DNA of 64,000 nucleotides from an uncultured Gemmatimonadales bacterium (GTDB lineage Bacteria; Gemmatimonadota; Gemmatimonadetes; Gemmatimonadales; GWC2-71-9): NCBI GenBank assembly GCA_963795085.1, contig CAWCFX010000003.1, positions 331,696 to 395,695 of the forward strand, read 5' to 3'. Shown piece by piece: positions 38,721 to 47,921 of this stretch (position 1 is its first letter; each line of letters starts with the position of its first letter). The notes under the pieces were generated by a model. It saw only the letters and a program-made list of their open reading frames with translations, ran no database searches and was not told where the DNA came from. The position numbers and the translations under genes were made by a program.

Positions 38721-39221
38721 TCATCCCCCCCTCCTCCCCCCTCTCCCCACCCACTCTCCTTCCAGGCACCCCGGCAGTTCCGGCGCCTCGGCGCCTTCGC
38801 CCGGCGCGGGCGGGAGGCCGGGAGAGGGTTCCCAGCCGGCGATCGCCTCGTCGGGGTGACGCCGGGCCTGGTCGCGCACATAGTCGCGGACCGTGTCGAG
38901 CACGCGGGGCGAAATGGTCTGGATCGTGTAACCCGGTGCCCAGCGGAGCTGCGACTGCTGGGGCAGCTTCAGAGTTGGGCCGGCCAGGGCCGCGCTGGCG
39001 CCCTTGAGCCGCTGGAGGAGTCTGGGAATGGCCGTCATCGGGTGACCCCGAATGAGAAGGTGGACATGGGTGCTGACCATGCCGAGTTCCAGGACGGCGG
39101 CCCGCTCCTGCCGGGCGATGGAGCGAAGCAGCCGGTCCAGGAAGTCCGCGACGTCCCGGTTGATCGTGGGGCGGCGGCCCCGAGTGGTCCAGACGATGTG
39201 GTAGTAGAGCTGGTGGAACAT
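38721..39221 (-). CDS. REP-associated tyrosine transposase (RAYT), IS200/IS605 TnpA-like Y1 HUH enzyme
   Basis: ORF track 166 aa. MFHQLYYHIVWTTRGRRP..., HUH motif STHVHLLIRG, C-terminal Tyr region RDYVRDQARRH. No terminal IS ends or tnpB, but REP-type hairpin clusters lie next to it and in nearby intergenic regions. Confidence 0.8.
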   Translation of the reverse strand: MFHQLYYHIVWTTRGRRPTINRDVADFLDRLLRSIARQERAAVLELGMVSTHVHLLIRGHPMTAIPRLLQRLKGASAALAGPTLKLPQQSQLRWAPGYTIQTISPRVLDTVRDYVRDQARRHPDEAIAGWEPSPGLPPAPGEGAEAPELPGCLEGEWVGRGGRRGG

Positions 39222-39284
39222 CCCCTAATCTGGGGAAGGAGGGCGTCGGGAGCGTCACCGGAAAAATGCAGGGGCTGGTCTCGG

Positions 39285-39590
39285 CCGTCCTGTTCCTGAA
39301 GGGACGACACTTTCAGATCACAGATCAGGGTCGCTTGGCGACAGACTCCGCGACCAGAGGACAGGCTGAAGCCTGTCTTCTCGACCCCTCGGCCAACCTC
39401 GGGTCCCCAACCCCCTATCCCCCTTCCCCCGTACAGGGGAAGGGGGAACGCCATGCAGGGGCCGGAGACGCGGTCGCTTTAGCGACAGAATAACTGTCCG
39501 TGAAGGGACGACAAACTGAGATCTCACACTACGGTCGCTTTCGCGACAGACTCCGCGACAAGAGGACAGGCTGAAGCCTGTCTTCTCGGC
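39285..39590. repeat. REP hairpin cluster (family B) directly upstream of the RAYT gene
   Basis: Modules present: GTCGCttggGCGAC, GACAGGCtgaaGCCTGTC (twice, at ~39360 and ~39565), CCCTTCCCCCgtacaGGGGAAGGGGGAACGCCATGCAGG, GTCGCtttaGCGAC, GTCCgtgaaGGGAC-like, GTCGCtttcGCGAC. Confidence 0.85.
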
Positions 39591-39595
39591 CCGGC

Positions 39596-41798
39596 TCATC
39601 CGCACGTTCCCGCCGGCCGCGGCTCATCGTCGTACGACTGGCCGATATACCCGCCCGGGGCCGGCCACAGCAGTACCGGCAGGTTCTTGAAGTACTGCTC
39701 CATCAGGTCGGCCGGGGCCAGGAAGTAGGCACCCCGGGGAGTGGACTCCACCCCCGCGTCATTCCAGTTCCATGGCGCGTCGGCGCCAGTGTCGGTGAAC
39801 TGCCCAAAGCCGTCGAACATGCGCCGGTCGCGAGGACAGGTCTGGAAATCGTTCCGCCGGGCCCACAACTCCTGGATGGACACCAGGTCGTAGCCGATCA
39901 CCTCCCAGTCATGTGGCACGCTCGCGTTTGCCGCCCCGGCCGGGGCGGCGACGTCTGACACCCGCTCATAGTGGTAGAGCACGCCATCGTTCCAGCCGGA
40001 GGTATTCTCAACCTGGCCCGGTGCGCCCGGGACGGGCGGCCGCACCAGGCCGGCCCAGTCCACGCCTCGCCAGTCGGTGATCGGGTTCCGCATGAACATC
40101 GGGGCGTAGTCGTCCACCGGGGCATGCGTCCCCCGCGGCGTCCCGTACGTCCCGTGCCCTTCCGCTTCAATGTACGCGACCGGATGCAGACCCAGCTCGT
40201 CCGCCACGAAGTCCACGTCGCCGTCAATGTCCTCGCCGGCGCCATTGGTGACCTGCTGGGACAGGGCCAGGACAGGATGAAACTCCGATCCGGCGGGAGT
40301 ATCGCTGTCGGTATAGGAGTAGAAGTCGTAGTGGGCGACCGTCACCATGGCCAGGAAGCGGCCCGCTGGATAGGCAGGATCCCTGGCGACGGCCAGGAGG
40401 ATCGCCTCCAGGTCATGGGGGTGGTCCGCGGCCGGCCCTCCCGTGTTGGTCCAGTCGCGCGGATGGTAGAACGCATACCCGATGAACCAGGCATTGTGGG
40501 TCTCTCTCACCCACCAGTAGACCGCCGAGCGCAGCGGGAAGCTGAAGAGGTTGTCCCAGTTGTTGCGGCCGACCCAGTCGCCGTCGTAGTCGATCCGGGT
40601 GAGGTAATCGGCCTGCGGCGTGTTCATATCTACATCCTGGGACAGCACCGGTGCCCAGTACTCGGCGAGGCGTCGGTGGGACGGCACCTGGGGCCCGGCG
40701 AGGTTCACGGTCCAGTCCTTCGCGGCATCCCGCCACATGAAGACATCGGTGCGCCCGTCGCCGTTCAGGTCACCGACGTTGATCGGACCGTCGGAGCCCC
40801 ATGCCCCGCCCCTGGCCTCCATCTGGAACCCGGTTCCGGTGGAAAGGTTGATGGTCCAGTCTTGAGAACCTTCCCGCCACATGAACACGTCTGTGCGCCC
40901 GTCGCCGTTCAGGTCGCCCACATTGATCGGCCCATCGGAGCCCCAGGCACCGGTCCATCGCTGCATGTCGAAGCCGATTACCGGTGGACAGGTTGACCGT
41001 CCAGTCCTGCCCCGACGCCCGCCACATGAAGACATCGGTTCGCCCATCCCGGTTCAGGTCTCCCACCTGGATCGGGCCATCGGAGCCCCACGCACCGGTC
41101 CAGGTCTGGCTATCGAAGCCGGTCCCGGTGGAGAGGTTGACCGTCCAGTCCCGGCTGGACTCCCGCCACATGAAGACGTCGGTCCGCCCATCGCCGTTCA
41201 GGTCACCGACGTTGATCGGGCCATCCGATCCCCAGGCGCCCTTCCACGCCTGCATCTCGAAGCCCGACCCGGTGGACAGGTTGACCATCCAGTCCCGGCT
41301 GGACTCGCGCCACATGAACACATCGGTTCGGCCATCGCCGTTGAGATCGCCCAGCCGGATCGGTCCATCCGAGCCCCAGGCACCCTGCCACGACTCCATG
41401 CGAAAGCCTGATCCGGTCGAGAGGTTGACCATCCAGTCCTTCGCCACGTCACGCCACATGAAGACATCGCTCCGCCCGTCGCCGTTCAGGTCGCCGACAT
41501 TGATCGCCCCATCTGAACCCCAGGCGCCGGTCCAGCGCTGCATCGTGAAACCCGCGCCGGTGGAGAGGTTCACCGTCCAGTCCTTGCCGGCGTCACGCCA
41601 CATGAAGACGTCGCTCCTGCCGTCACCGTTCAGGTCGCCGACGTTGATGGGCCCGTCCGAGCCCCAGGCCCCCTGCCAGGTCTGCATGTCGAACCCCTGG
41701 GCGGCGGCCGGCAGAATCCCCACGAACGTGGTGAGGGCAAGCAGGGCCGCCATGCCGCGGCGAAGATGGGACAGGGAGATTCGGTGGCAGTCCTTCAT
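39596..41798 (-). pseudogene. secreted FG-GAP/VCBS-type repeat protein (7 x 48 aa) with a C-terminal NLP(NPP1)/Vps62-like domain; one frameshift
   Basis: ORFs 40770..41873(-) and 39596..41047(-) join at ~40974-40982 (GGTAAT-C-GGCTTC; ...WTVNLSTGN | GFDMQRWTGAWGSDG...). Start MKDCHRISLSHLRRGMAALLALTTFVGILPAAAQG at 41798. Repeat unit F.MQ.W.GAWGSDGPINVGDLNGDGRTDVFMWR....DWTVNLSTG.G. C-terminal domain has WFIGYAFYHPRDWTNTGGPAADHPHDLEAILLAV. Confidence 0.7.
40685..41693 (-). repeat. in-frame coding tandem repeat, 7 x 144 nt
   Basis: Seven consecutive 48-aa units with highly similar DNA (GGCGACCTGAACGGCGA(C/T)GG...GACGT(C/G)TTCATGTGGCG). The frameshift sits at the junction of units 5 and 6. Confidence 0.85.
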
Positions 41799-41872
41799 AA
41801 CCCGCCTGGAGTGGGGACCTGAGTATGGAAGCGGGAGCCGGTGGTGCGCCAGGGGCGTCCCGGGGCCCCCCA

Positions 41873-41945
41873 TTACGGTCGCTCCAGCGACAGGCTCCGC
41901 GACCAGGGGACAGGCTGAAGCCAGTCCTCGTTTGGCTTGACAGGC
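41873..41945. repeat. REP hairpin module (family B), short copy
   Basis: GGTCGCtccaGCGACAGGCTCCGCGACCAGGGGACAGGCTGAAGCCAGTCC resembles the 39.3-kb cluster. Confidence 0.7.
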
Positions 41946-42071
41946 CGAGGTCCGGAATCCAAATAGGACCTGGGCCGCACAACACGCCGGATCACGAGCC
42001 GCACCCCGGCCTTCCGGCTCCCGCGCGATCGCGCGCGCACACCCTCAAGGCCCGCAAGGGAAACTGACGCC

Positions 42072-43244
42072 ATGATTGCCACTCGGTCTGTCGCCGCCGG
42101 ACTCGCCTGCGTCCTGGGCGTGAACCTTTCCGGTGATGTGCCGCCGGCGCCGGCCCGCCTCACGCCCCCCACCGAGTTCCACGTCATCGCCTCGGGCCAG
42201 ATCTCCTGTCTCGATAACGGCGTCCTCCGGCCGCTGGCCAATGCGCGGGTCGAGATCATGGATTCGGACAACGATATCGGCACCTTCGGGGACGACCTCA
42301 TGGGGGTCACCAGCACCAATGCCGCCGGCTACTTCTCCTCCGACGGGGTGGGCGGGGACGGCGGAAACTGGTCCTGGTCCAGGCCCGACGTCTATGCCCG
42401 CATCATGCTGGATGACCAATGGGTCGTGCCGGTGCGGATGAAGGATGAGATGGGGACCACGCGGAGCTGGGCGACGCCGCAGCATGATCACGACAACGTG
42501 GAAGGCAACGTGGACCTGGGCGCCTGGTGGTGGGGGAGCCAGGCCAGCCCGGAGACGCACAACGCATCGGCACCCTGCGTCTGGCTCGATGCCCGCGAGG
42601 CCGTCCTCGCCTTTGCCGGCCAGATGCACACCCCGCCGCCGGAAGAGAGCTACGAGATCCAGTACTGGTCGGGGATCTATCCCACCGGGGACATCACCCC
42701 CTTCACTACCCTGGCGACCACCTACTGGCCCCGGCACTACTCGACCTTCGGCGGGCTGGTCACGACCCACGAGTTCTACCACGCCGTGCGCCACGGCTAT
42801 GACGGGGACCAGGCCCACTGGGACTGGGATGATGTGCGGTTCCTCTATGGCCGGAGCCACGGATACTGCGACAGCAAGCACCTGGCGACTCATGACCAGG
42901 CGACGCGGGAAGGATACGCGTTCAACGAGGGCTGGTCTGATTTTGCCGAGTACGCGGGGTTCGTAAATGTCCCGACCTGCATCGACTCGCTCGACGACAT
43001 GACCCTGGAGGGCGATGTCGCCGTCCGCCTGATTCGGCTGGAACGCCGGCTGGACACCCTGATGACCGGGGCGGGCCTGGCGGAAACTCCCCGCCACCGG
43101 ATGCTGGCCATCCTGCGGGACAATCCCGGGACCATACACAGCTACGACGAGTTCTGCCGGGCGGTGGACGCGGGCCTCCCCGGGAGCTGCACCGGGCTGG
43201 TGATTCCGCATTCGGCCACCATTCCCTCCCGCGCGCCACCATGA
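42072..43244 (+). CDS. secreted HExxH-motif protein (putative metalloprotease-like)
   Basis: ORF track 390 aa. N-terminal hydrophobic signal MIATRSVAAGLACVLG. A single HEFYH motif (LVTTHEFYHAVRHGYDG) with a downstream NEGWSDF. Family not recognised. Confidence 0.6.
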   Translation: MIATRSVAAGLACVLGVNLSGDVPPAPARLTPPTEFHVIASGQISCLDNGVLRPLANARVEIMDSDNDIGTFGDDLMGVTSTNAAGYFSSDGVGGDGGNWSWSRPDVYARIMLDDQWVVPVRMKDEMGTTRSWATPQHDHDNVEGNVDLGAWWWGSQASPETHNASAPCVWLDAREAVLAFAGQMHTPPPEESYEIQYWSGIYPTGDITPFTTLATTYWPRHYSTFGGLVTTHEFYHAVRHGYDGDQAHWDWDDVRFLYGRSHGYCDSKHLATHDQATREGYAFNEGWSDFAEYAGFVNVPTCIDSLDDMTLEGDVAVRLIRLERRLDTLMTGAGLAETPRHRMLAILRDNPGTIHSYDEFCRAVDAGLPGSCTGLVIPHSATIPSRAPP

Positions 43245-43751
43245 ACTCCGCCCGGCTGGTGAGAGACGTCCGCGCCGAGGTTCGGGCCCGGCTCGATACC
43301 GCCCAGGCGCTGGGCCGGGCCCTCGATGTCGCGCGGAGCCGCGCCCGTCCGGGTTCGGCCCCGGTGCCGGGGCGAGGACTGCGAGACGATGTTCACGGCC
43401 CTGGTCCGGCCGGCCCTGCTGGAGCGGGAGATCCTGGTCCATCGCCTGGTCGCCCGGCGGCTGAGTTCGGCGCTGGAGAGAATGGCCACGGATTCCCTGA
43501 CCGTGCACGCCTTCGAGGCTCGGTACCAGGCCGCCAACGCCGCGTTTCTCCGGGAACTGGTGGGCATTGGCCAGGAGACGTTCAAGAAGGCGATCGTCGC
43601 GACGGCGCCGCTGGCTGAGCGATACCCTGCCCTGCAGCCGCTGGTCGAGGAACTGCGCCGGAAAGCGGCGGTGCGTAGCGGCGATTCGCTGCCGGCGTCC
43701 GACCGGCCCGCCTTCCTGGTGATGGAGGATCCCGCCGGGCGGCAGCATTGA
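43241..43751 (+). CDS. hypothetical helical protein, probably frameshifted near 43,326-43,345
   Basis: ATGA overlap with the upstream stop. MNSARLVRDVRAEVRARLDTAQALGRALDVARS has high GC3 in frame 1 up to ~43,335. High GC3 then continues only in the frame of ORF 43326..43751 (...MFTALVRPALLEREILVHRLVARRL...). Alternatively the gene simply starts at 43326 or 43389. Confidence 0.45.
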
Positions 43752-43789
43752 TGCTCGTGCGCGGCGGCATCGTGCCGACCTCGAAGTGC

Positions 43790-44070
43790 TTCCGCGACAC
43801 GCTCCGCGACCGGAGGACACCTGACCCCCTTCCCCCTTCCCCCCTCGGAGGAAGGGGGCACCCCATGCAGGCGCCGGCCAAGTGGTCGCATTTGCGACAG
43901 ACATCCCGACAAGAGGACAGGCTGAAGCCCGCCCTCGGCCATCCTGTCCCTGAAGGGACACTCCGAGATCTCAATGGATGGTCGCTTTAGCGACCGTGCG
44001 CGCCGAGAGAGCCCTGGAGGACTTCCTGCGGTCGCCGGCTTCAGCCTGTCTTCCCGGCCCCTGTCTTCCC
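43790..44070. repeat. REP hairpin cluster (family B)
   Basis: CCCTTCCCCCTTCCCCCCTCGGAGGAAGGGGGCACCCCATGCAGGCGCCGG, GTCGCatttGCGAC, GACAGGCTGAAGCC, GTCCCtgaaGGGAC, GTCGCtttaGCGAC, GGCTTCAGCCTGTC. Confidence 0.85.
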
Positions 44071-44170
44071 GGCCCTCCTCACCCACCCCGGTGTCCCACC
44101 ATCCGCACCGCCCTGTTCCCAGCCACCCACCTCCACCTACCATCGGCGGGATGGCGTCATTCAATCACGG

Positions 44171-44980
44171 CTATCGTGAGGGACCCGCGACCAACACTCG
44201 CTCCTCCCCCGTCGCCACCAGCGTCACATAGAGGCCCGCCACCCCATCCACCGTCTTCGACTTCACCACGTATTTCCCGTCCGGCGACGTGACCCCGGGA
44301 TCGTCAGCCTCCTCACGGGAAGCGGAACCGAGCACCTGGAGATCGGACCCGTCAGGGCTTACGCTCACCGACATAGCCGCAGCCTGCCGGCGGCGGGCCA
44401 GGTCGCGGAAGGCTTCGCCGGGATTGGCCGGAAGCATAGGTGTCCGGCTGAAGGTGATCCGCCCCGACTGGGCCCAATGGGGTCCGGCACTGCTGCTGGT
44501 GGAGTCGGTGAGGATCCGGTAGCCGCTGCCGTCCGCGGCGACCACGCCGACATAATAGACGGCTCGATTGCGTGGGTCCTGGTTGCCAAAGACGATCATC
44601 TTTCCGTCCGGAGCGAACGAAGCGTAGAAGTGATTACCGCTGCCGTTGGTGAGCTGCCGGAGGTGCCCACCGAGTCGGTCCGTCAGGTAGAGTTGGGACC
44701 CTTCCCCGCTCTCGTTCTTCCAGCCAAAGACCAGCTCCCTGCCGTCCGGCGACCATGACGGCTGCGATGCGTCCCTGCCCGCCGGCGTCAGCCGCCGGAG
44801 GTGGGTGCCGTCCCGGTCAATGGTGTAGATGGAGAAGGATCCCTGCCGATTGGACTCGAAGGCGATGGTGCGGCTGTCCGGTGCCCAGGCCGGGCTGTAG
44901 TAGGCCAGGGGTTCCTGGGCGCGGGCCGGGCTGGGAATGGCGAGGAGAAGCAGGGCGAGGTTACCAGCGGATATTTGCAT
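44171..44980 (-). CDS. secreted PD40/TolB-like beta-propeller protein
   Basis: Internal ATG at 44980 (MQISAGNLALLLLAIPSPARAQ). PD40-type units SPAWAPDSRTIAFESNRQG, QPSWSPDGRELVF, YASFAPDGKMIVF. Confidence 0.8.
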   Translation of the reverse strand: MQISAGNLALLLLAIPSPARAQEPLAYYSPAWAPDSRTIAFESNRQGSFSIYTIDRDGTHLRRLTPAGRDASQPSWSPDGRELVFGWKNESGEGSQLYLTDRLGGHLRQLTNGSGNHFYASFAPDGKMIVFGNQDPRNRAVYYVGVVAADGSGYRILTDSTSSSAGPHWAQSGRITFSRTPMLPANPGEAFRDLARRRQAAAMSVSVSPDGSDLQVLGSASREEADDPGVTSPDGKYVVKSKTVDGVAGLYVTLVATGEERVLVAGPSR

Positions 44981-45084
44981 GGCGATCGTGGGTTCGGATG
45001 GGTACCGGACGATAGGTCGATTGGGGCGGTTTCGCCACTCGGGTGTTCTGGCCCTGGTGCGCGGTGAAGCGACCCCGGCGCAGG

Positions 45085-45480
45085 CCATGAGTGACAGGCG
45101 TCCTGTCCCTGAAAGGGACAACGGAAACAATCACGAAAGTACGGTTGCTTCGGCGACAATGGCCGCGAGCAGGCTTCAGCCTGTATTCTCGGCCCCTCGG
45201 CCGATCCTGGATCCCTAACCCCCTATCCCCCATCCCCCGTCGGGGGAAGGGGGCACTCCGGGCAGGCGACGGCGAAGGGGTCGCATTTGCGACAGACATC
45301 GCGACAGGAGGACAGGCTGAAGCCTGCGACCGCAGGAAGTCCTTTAGGGCCCTTCGGCCATCCTGTCCCTGAAGGGACACCCTCCAAGACCTGAATGGAG
45401 GGTCGCTTTAGCGGCCGTGCACCCCGAAAGAGCCTCGAAGGACCTCCTGCGGTCGCCGGCTTCAGCCTGTCGTCTCAAAT
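45085..45480. repeat. REP hairpin cluster (family B), largest copy
   Basis: GTCCCtgaaaGGGAC, GGCTTCAGCCTGT, CCCATCCCCCgtcGGGGGAAGGGGGCAC, GTCGCatttGCGAC, GACAGGCTGAAGCCTG, GTCCCtgaaGGGAC, GTCGCtttaGCGGC, GGCTTCAGCCTGTC. Confidence 0.85.
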
Positions 45481-45610
45481 GCCCTGGCGGAGGGGTTCCC
45501 CCGGCAGCCCGCCCTACCCCCCCCCTTGACTATTTGGGCAATACCTGTTCATTTACTGTTCACAATGTGCTGTCGACATCCAGTTCCCTGTCACGAGGAG
45601 ATGCACTGAC

Positions 45611-46162
45611 ATGACACGCGTTATTGCCCTGGCCGCCCTGTCCGGGCTGCTGCTGAGCGGACCGGTGGCGGCCCAGGAGACCGCCGGGCGGTTCTTCCTG
45701 GAAGGCCGCGCCGGCGCCGTCGTCCCGACCTTCGATATCGCCGATGTGGCCCGGACCGGCACCGCCCTCGGCGGCACCCTGGGCTACCGCTTCGACCGCC
45801 TGGTCCTGATGGGTGAGTTCGACTACGGCATGCACGAGGACCAGGCCACCCGATCGGTGGATATCACCACGCTCCATTTCATGGCCAAGGTGGGATACCA
45901 GCTGACCGCGCCCGTCGATCGCGGCTGGGAGGCACTGGTGAACCTGGGCGCCGGCCTGGTGAGTTTCGACGTAGATGGCGCGGCCGGGCGCTTTACCTAC
46001 CCCGCCATCAATGCGGGTGCCAAGATCGCCTACCACTTCAACCGCTCCCTGGCCGTGGTGGTGTCGCCCCAGGGCGACATCGCGTTCAGCAAGGAAGCTG
46101 AAGTCGGAACCACGAACGCCTGGGTCTGGCCGGTGACGGCCGGTCTCCGGGTCCGCTTTTAA
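45611..46162 (+). CDS. small outer-membrane beta-barrel protein
   Basis: ORF track 183 aa. Signal peptide MTRVIALAALSGLLLSGPVAAQE. Alternating amphipathic strands. C-terminal ...VTAGLRVRF (terminal Phe). Confidence 0.75.
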   Translation: MTRVIALAALSGLLLSGPVAAQETAGRFFLEGRAGAVVPTFDIADVARTGTALGGTLGYRFDRLVLMGEFDYGMHEDQATRSVDITTLHFMAKVGYQLTAPVDRGWEALVNLGAGLVSFDVDGAAGRFTYPAINAGAKIAYHFNRSLAVVVSPQGDIAFSKEAEVGTTNAWVWPVTAGLRVRF

Positions 46163-46188
46163 CCTTCTCAGACACTGGAGCCCTGTTC

Positions 46189-46407
46189 ATGAAAAATCTC
46201 GACATCCTCGCGATCATCCTGCTGATCGTCGGCGGACTCAACTGGGGACTGGTCGCGTTCCTCAATTTCGACCTGGTCGCCGCGATCACCGGGGCCGGAG
46301 CGTTCGGCAACAAGAACGTCCTGGGCGTGGTGGTCTATGGCCTGGTCGCCCTGGCGGCGGTGTACTCGCTGTTCAACCTGGCGAGTTTCCGGCGGAGCGC
46401 CGCCTGA
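46189..46407 (+). CDS. DUF378 small membrane protein
   Basis: ORF track 72 aa. LDILAIILLIVGGLNWGLVAFLNFDLVAAI is the characteristic DUF378 motif. Confidence 0.8.
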   Translation: MKNLDILAIILLIVGGLNWGLVAFLNFDLVAAITGAGAFGNKNVLGVVVYGLVALAAVYSLFNLASFRRSAA

Positions 46408-46412
46408 AGGAC

Positions 46413-46445
46413 CCCGCGGCCCCGGGAGTGTCCCGGGGCCCGCGG
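46413..46445 (+). terminator. GC-rich hairpin downstream of the DUF378 gene (possible intrinsic terminator, no U-tract)
   Basis: CCGCGGCCCCGGGA-gtg-TCCCGGGGCCCGCGG, a ~14-bp stem with one bulge, begins 6 nt after the stop codon. Confidence 0.45.
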
Positions 46446-46521
46446 CCGCGGTTCGGAGATCCGGGCCCGGCGGATTAGTTTTCACTGAGCGGTTCCACCC
46501 TTCAAAGGGCTGACGACTCCC

Positions 46522-47490
46522 GTGCCCCGACGTGCTCCCCGCAACACCACCGGCGGACTCCTGTCCATCGGCACTCTCGCCGCGAGCACCGGAATTCCCG
46601 CCGACACCATTCGGACCTGGGAACGCCGGTATGGCTTTCCCCGGGCGGAACGCAAGCCCTCAGGGCACCGGGTCTATTCCGTCACGACCGTTCCACGACT
46701 CCGCCGGGTTGCCCAGGCAATTGCCCAGGGTCACCGCCCGGCGCAGGTGCTGTCCGCCAGCGAGGAGGATCTCAACCAGCTGCTTGCGGCCGGGATCCTC
46801 CGGGGCATTCCGGATTTGGCTCCGGCCACCGCGGCCTCCCGCCGGCCAGACGCCGATGTCTCAGCCGAATCAACTGACCTGCTGGCCGCTGTCCGGACCT
46901 TTGATGCGGAAAGCCTGAAACGGCGGTTTCACCAGGAATGGGCGCGACTGGGACCGCTGGAGTTCCTGGAACGCCGAGCCTCCCCATTCCTGTCCGCGTT
47001 GGGAGACGCCTGGGCGAAAGGATCGCTGGAGATCCGGCACGAGCACTTCGGGTCGGGACTGCTGGGAGACTTCTTGCGCACCACGCGGCAGCCCCTCGAG
47101 GAACGCGCCACCGGCCCCATGGTCGCCCTCGCGACGCTCACGGGAGAGTTGCATGGACTGGGCCTGCAGATGACGGCGCTGGTCTTCTCACTCGCGGGAT
47201 GGCAAACCCTGCTGCTCGGAGTGGACACGCCCTCGGAACAGATCGTGTCGCTGGCCAAGGAGGCATCCCTTGCCGGAGTGGCTATCAGTTGCGTCCAGCC
47301 TCGCGCGAACGGCACGTCCGCTCCACTCCGCGCGCTCCGGCGCCGGCTTCCGCGGCACATTCCGCTGCTCGTTGGCGGTGCGGCGGCGCCGGTATCGAGC
47401 CAGGAGCCCGGCATCATCCTTCTTCCCGACCTCAAGGCCCTCGAGCTGTGGCTCCGGGCCGCTGACCGGGTCCGCGCCGCTCACCAGTAG
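46522..47490 (+). CDS. MerR-family regulator with a C-terminal B12-binding-like domain (CarH/LitR-like)
   Basis: ORF track 322 aa with a GTG start. MerR HTH LSIGTLAASTGIPADTIRTWERRYGFP...SGHRVYS. C-terminal Rossmann-like MVALATLTGELHGLGLQMTALVFSLAGWQTLLLG (ExHxxG in place of the DxHxxG B12 motif). Confidence 0.75.
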   Translation: MPRRAPRNTTGGLLSIGTLAASTGIPADTIRTWERRYGFPRAERKPSGHRVYSVTTVPRLRRVAQAIAQGHRPAQVLSASEEDLNQLLAAGILRGIPDLAPATAASRRPDADVSAESTDLLAAVRTFDAESLKRRFHQEWARLGPLEFLERRASPFLSALGDAWAKGSLEIRHEHFGSGLLGDFLRTTRQPLEERATGPMVALATLTGELHGLGLQMTALVFSLAGWQTLLLGVDTPSEQIVSLAKEASLAGVAISCVQPRANGTSAPLRALRRRLPRHIPLLVGGAAAPVSSQEPGIILLPDLKALELWLRAADRVRAAHQ

Positions 47491-47544
47491 AAGGACGCCT
47501 CCCCTCAGCGCTGGCCCGCCCCGGAGGCCCTGGACCACCCCAGT

Positions 47545-47735
47545 GCCCGTCGCGTCCTGCAGGGTTTCCTGCGGTCGCAGGCTTCAGCCTGTCTACTCGG
47601 CCCTCGGCCAACCTTGGATCCCCAACCCCCCTTCCCCCGTCGGGGGAAGGGGGAACGCCATGCACGCGCCGGCGAAGCGGTCGCTTTAGCGACAGTGCAC
47701 GCCGAGAGCAGGCTTTAGCCTGTCTTCTCGGCGCC
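47545..47735. repeat. REP hairpin cluster (family B)
   Basis: GGCTTCAGCCTGTC, CCCTTCCCCCgtcGGGGGAAGGGGGAACGCCATGCACGCGCCGG, GTCGCtttaGCGAC, GCAGGCTTTAGCCTGTC. Confidence 0.85.
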
Positions 47736-47921
47736 TGCGCCGAGTCACAGGGTGCCGCACCGGGTGTCCACGCTGCCGTCCGGCAGGTCGAGGGTGCTCC
47801 CCGGGTGTGCGTTCCCGGGTACCGGAACCATCAAGATTGCCTTCCCCTGGCACCCAGGGCGCCTGCCCGGAGGTTCCATCCCCTTGATTCAGCGTGACTT
47901 ACCGTCGGCTTCACCCTTCCC

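Noticed and set aside
39420-39470. Recurring peptide ...GGRGNAMQAPA... translated from REP family B copies (also at 31.46, 43.86 and 47.65 kb), considered as a possible multi-copy small ORF
   Set aside because: The conserved unit is the DNA hairpin CCCTTCCCCC-N-GGGGGAAGGG plus its flank, and it occurs in both orientations. The ORFs differ in frame and length between copies and have no RBS.
40984-41940. 318-aa plus-strand ORF with its own striking internal repeats (HMKTSVRPSPFRSPTLIGPSEPQAP...)
   Set aside because: The repeats are simply the antisense reading of the 144-nt FG-GAP repeats. The minus strand gives the canonical DxDxDG-type motif (GDLNGDGRTD) and a signal peptide.
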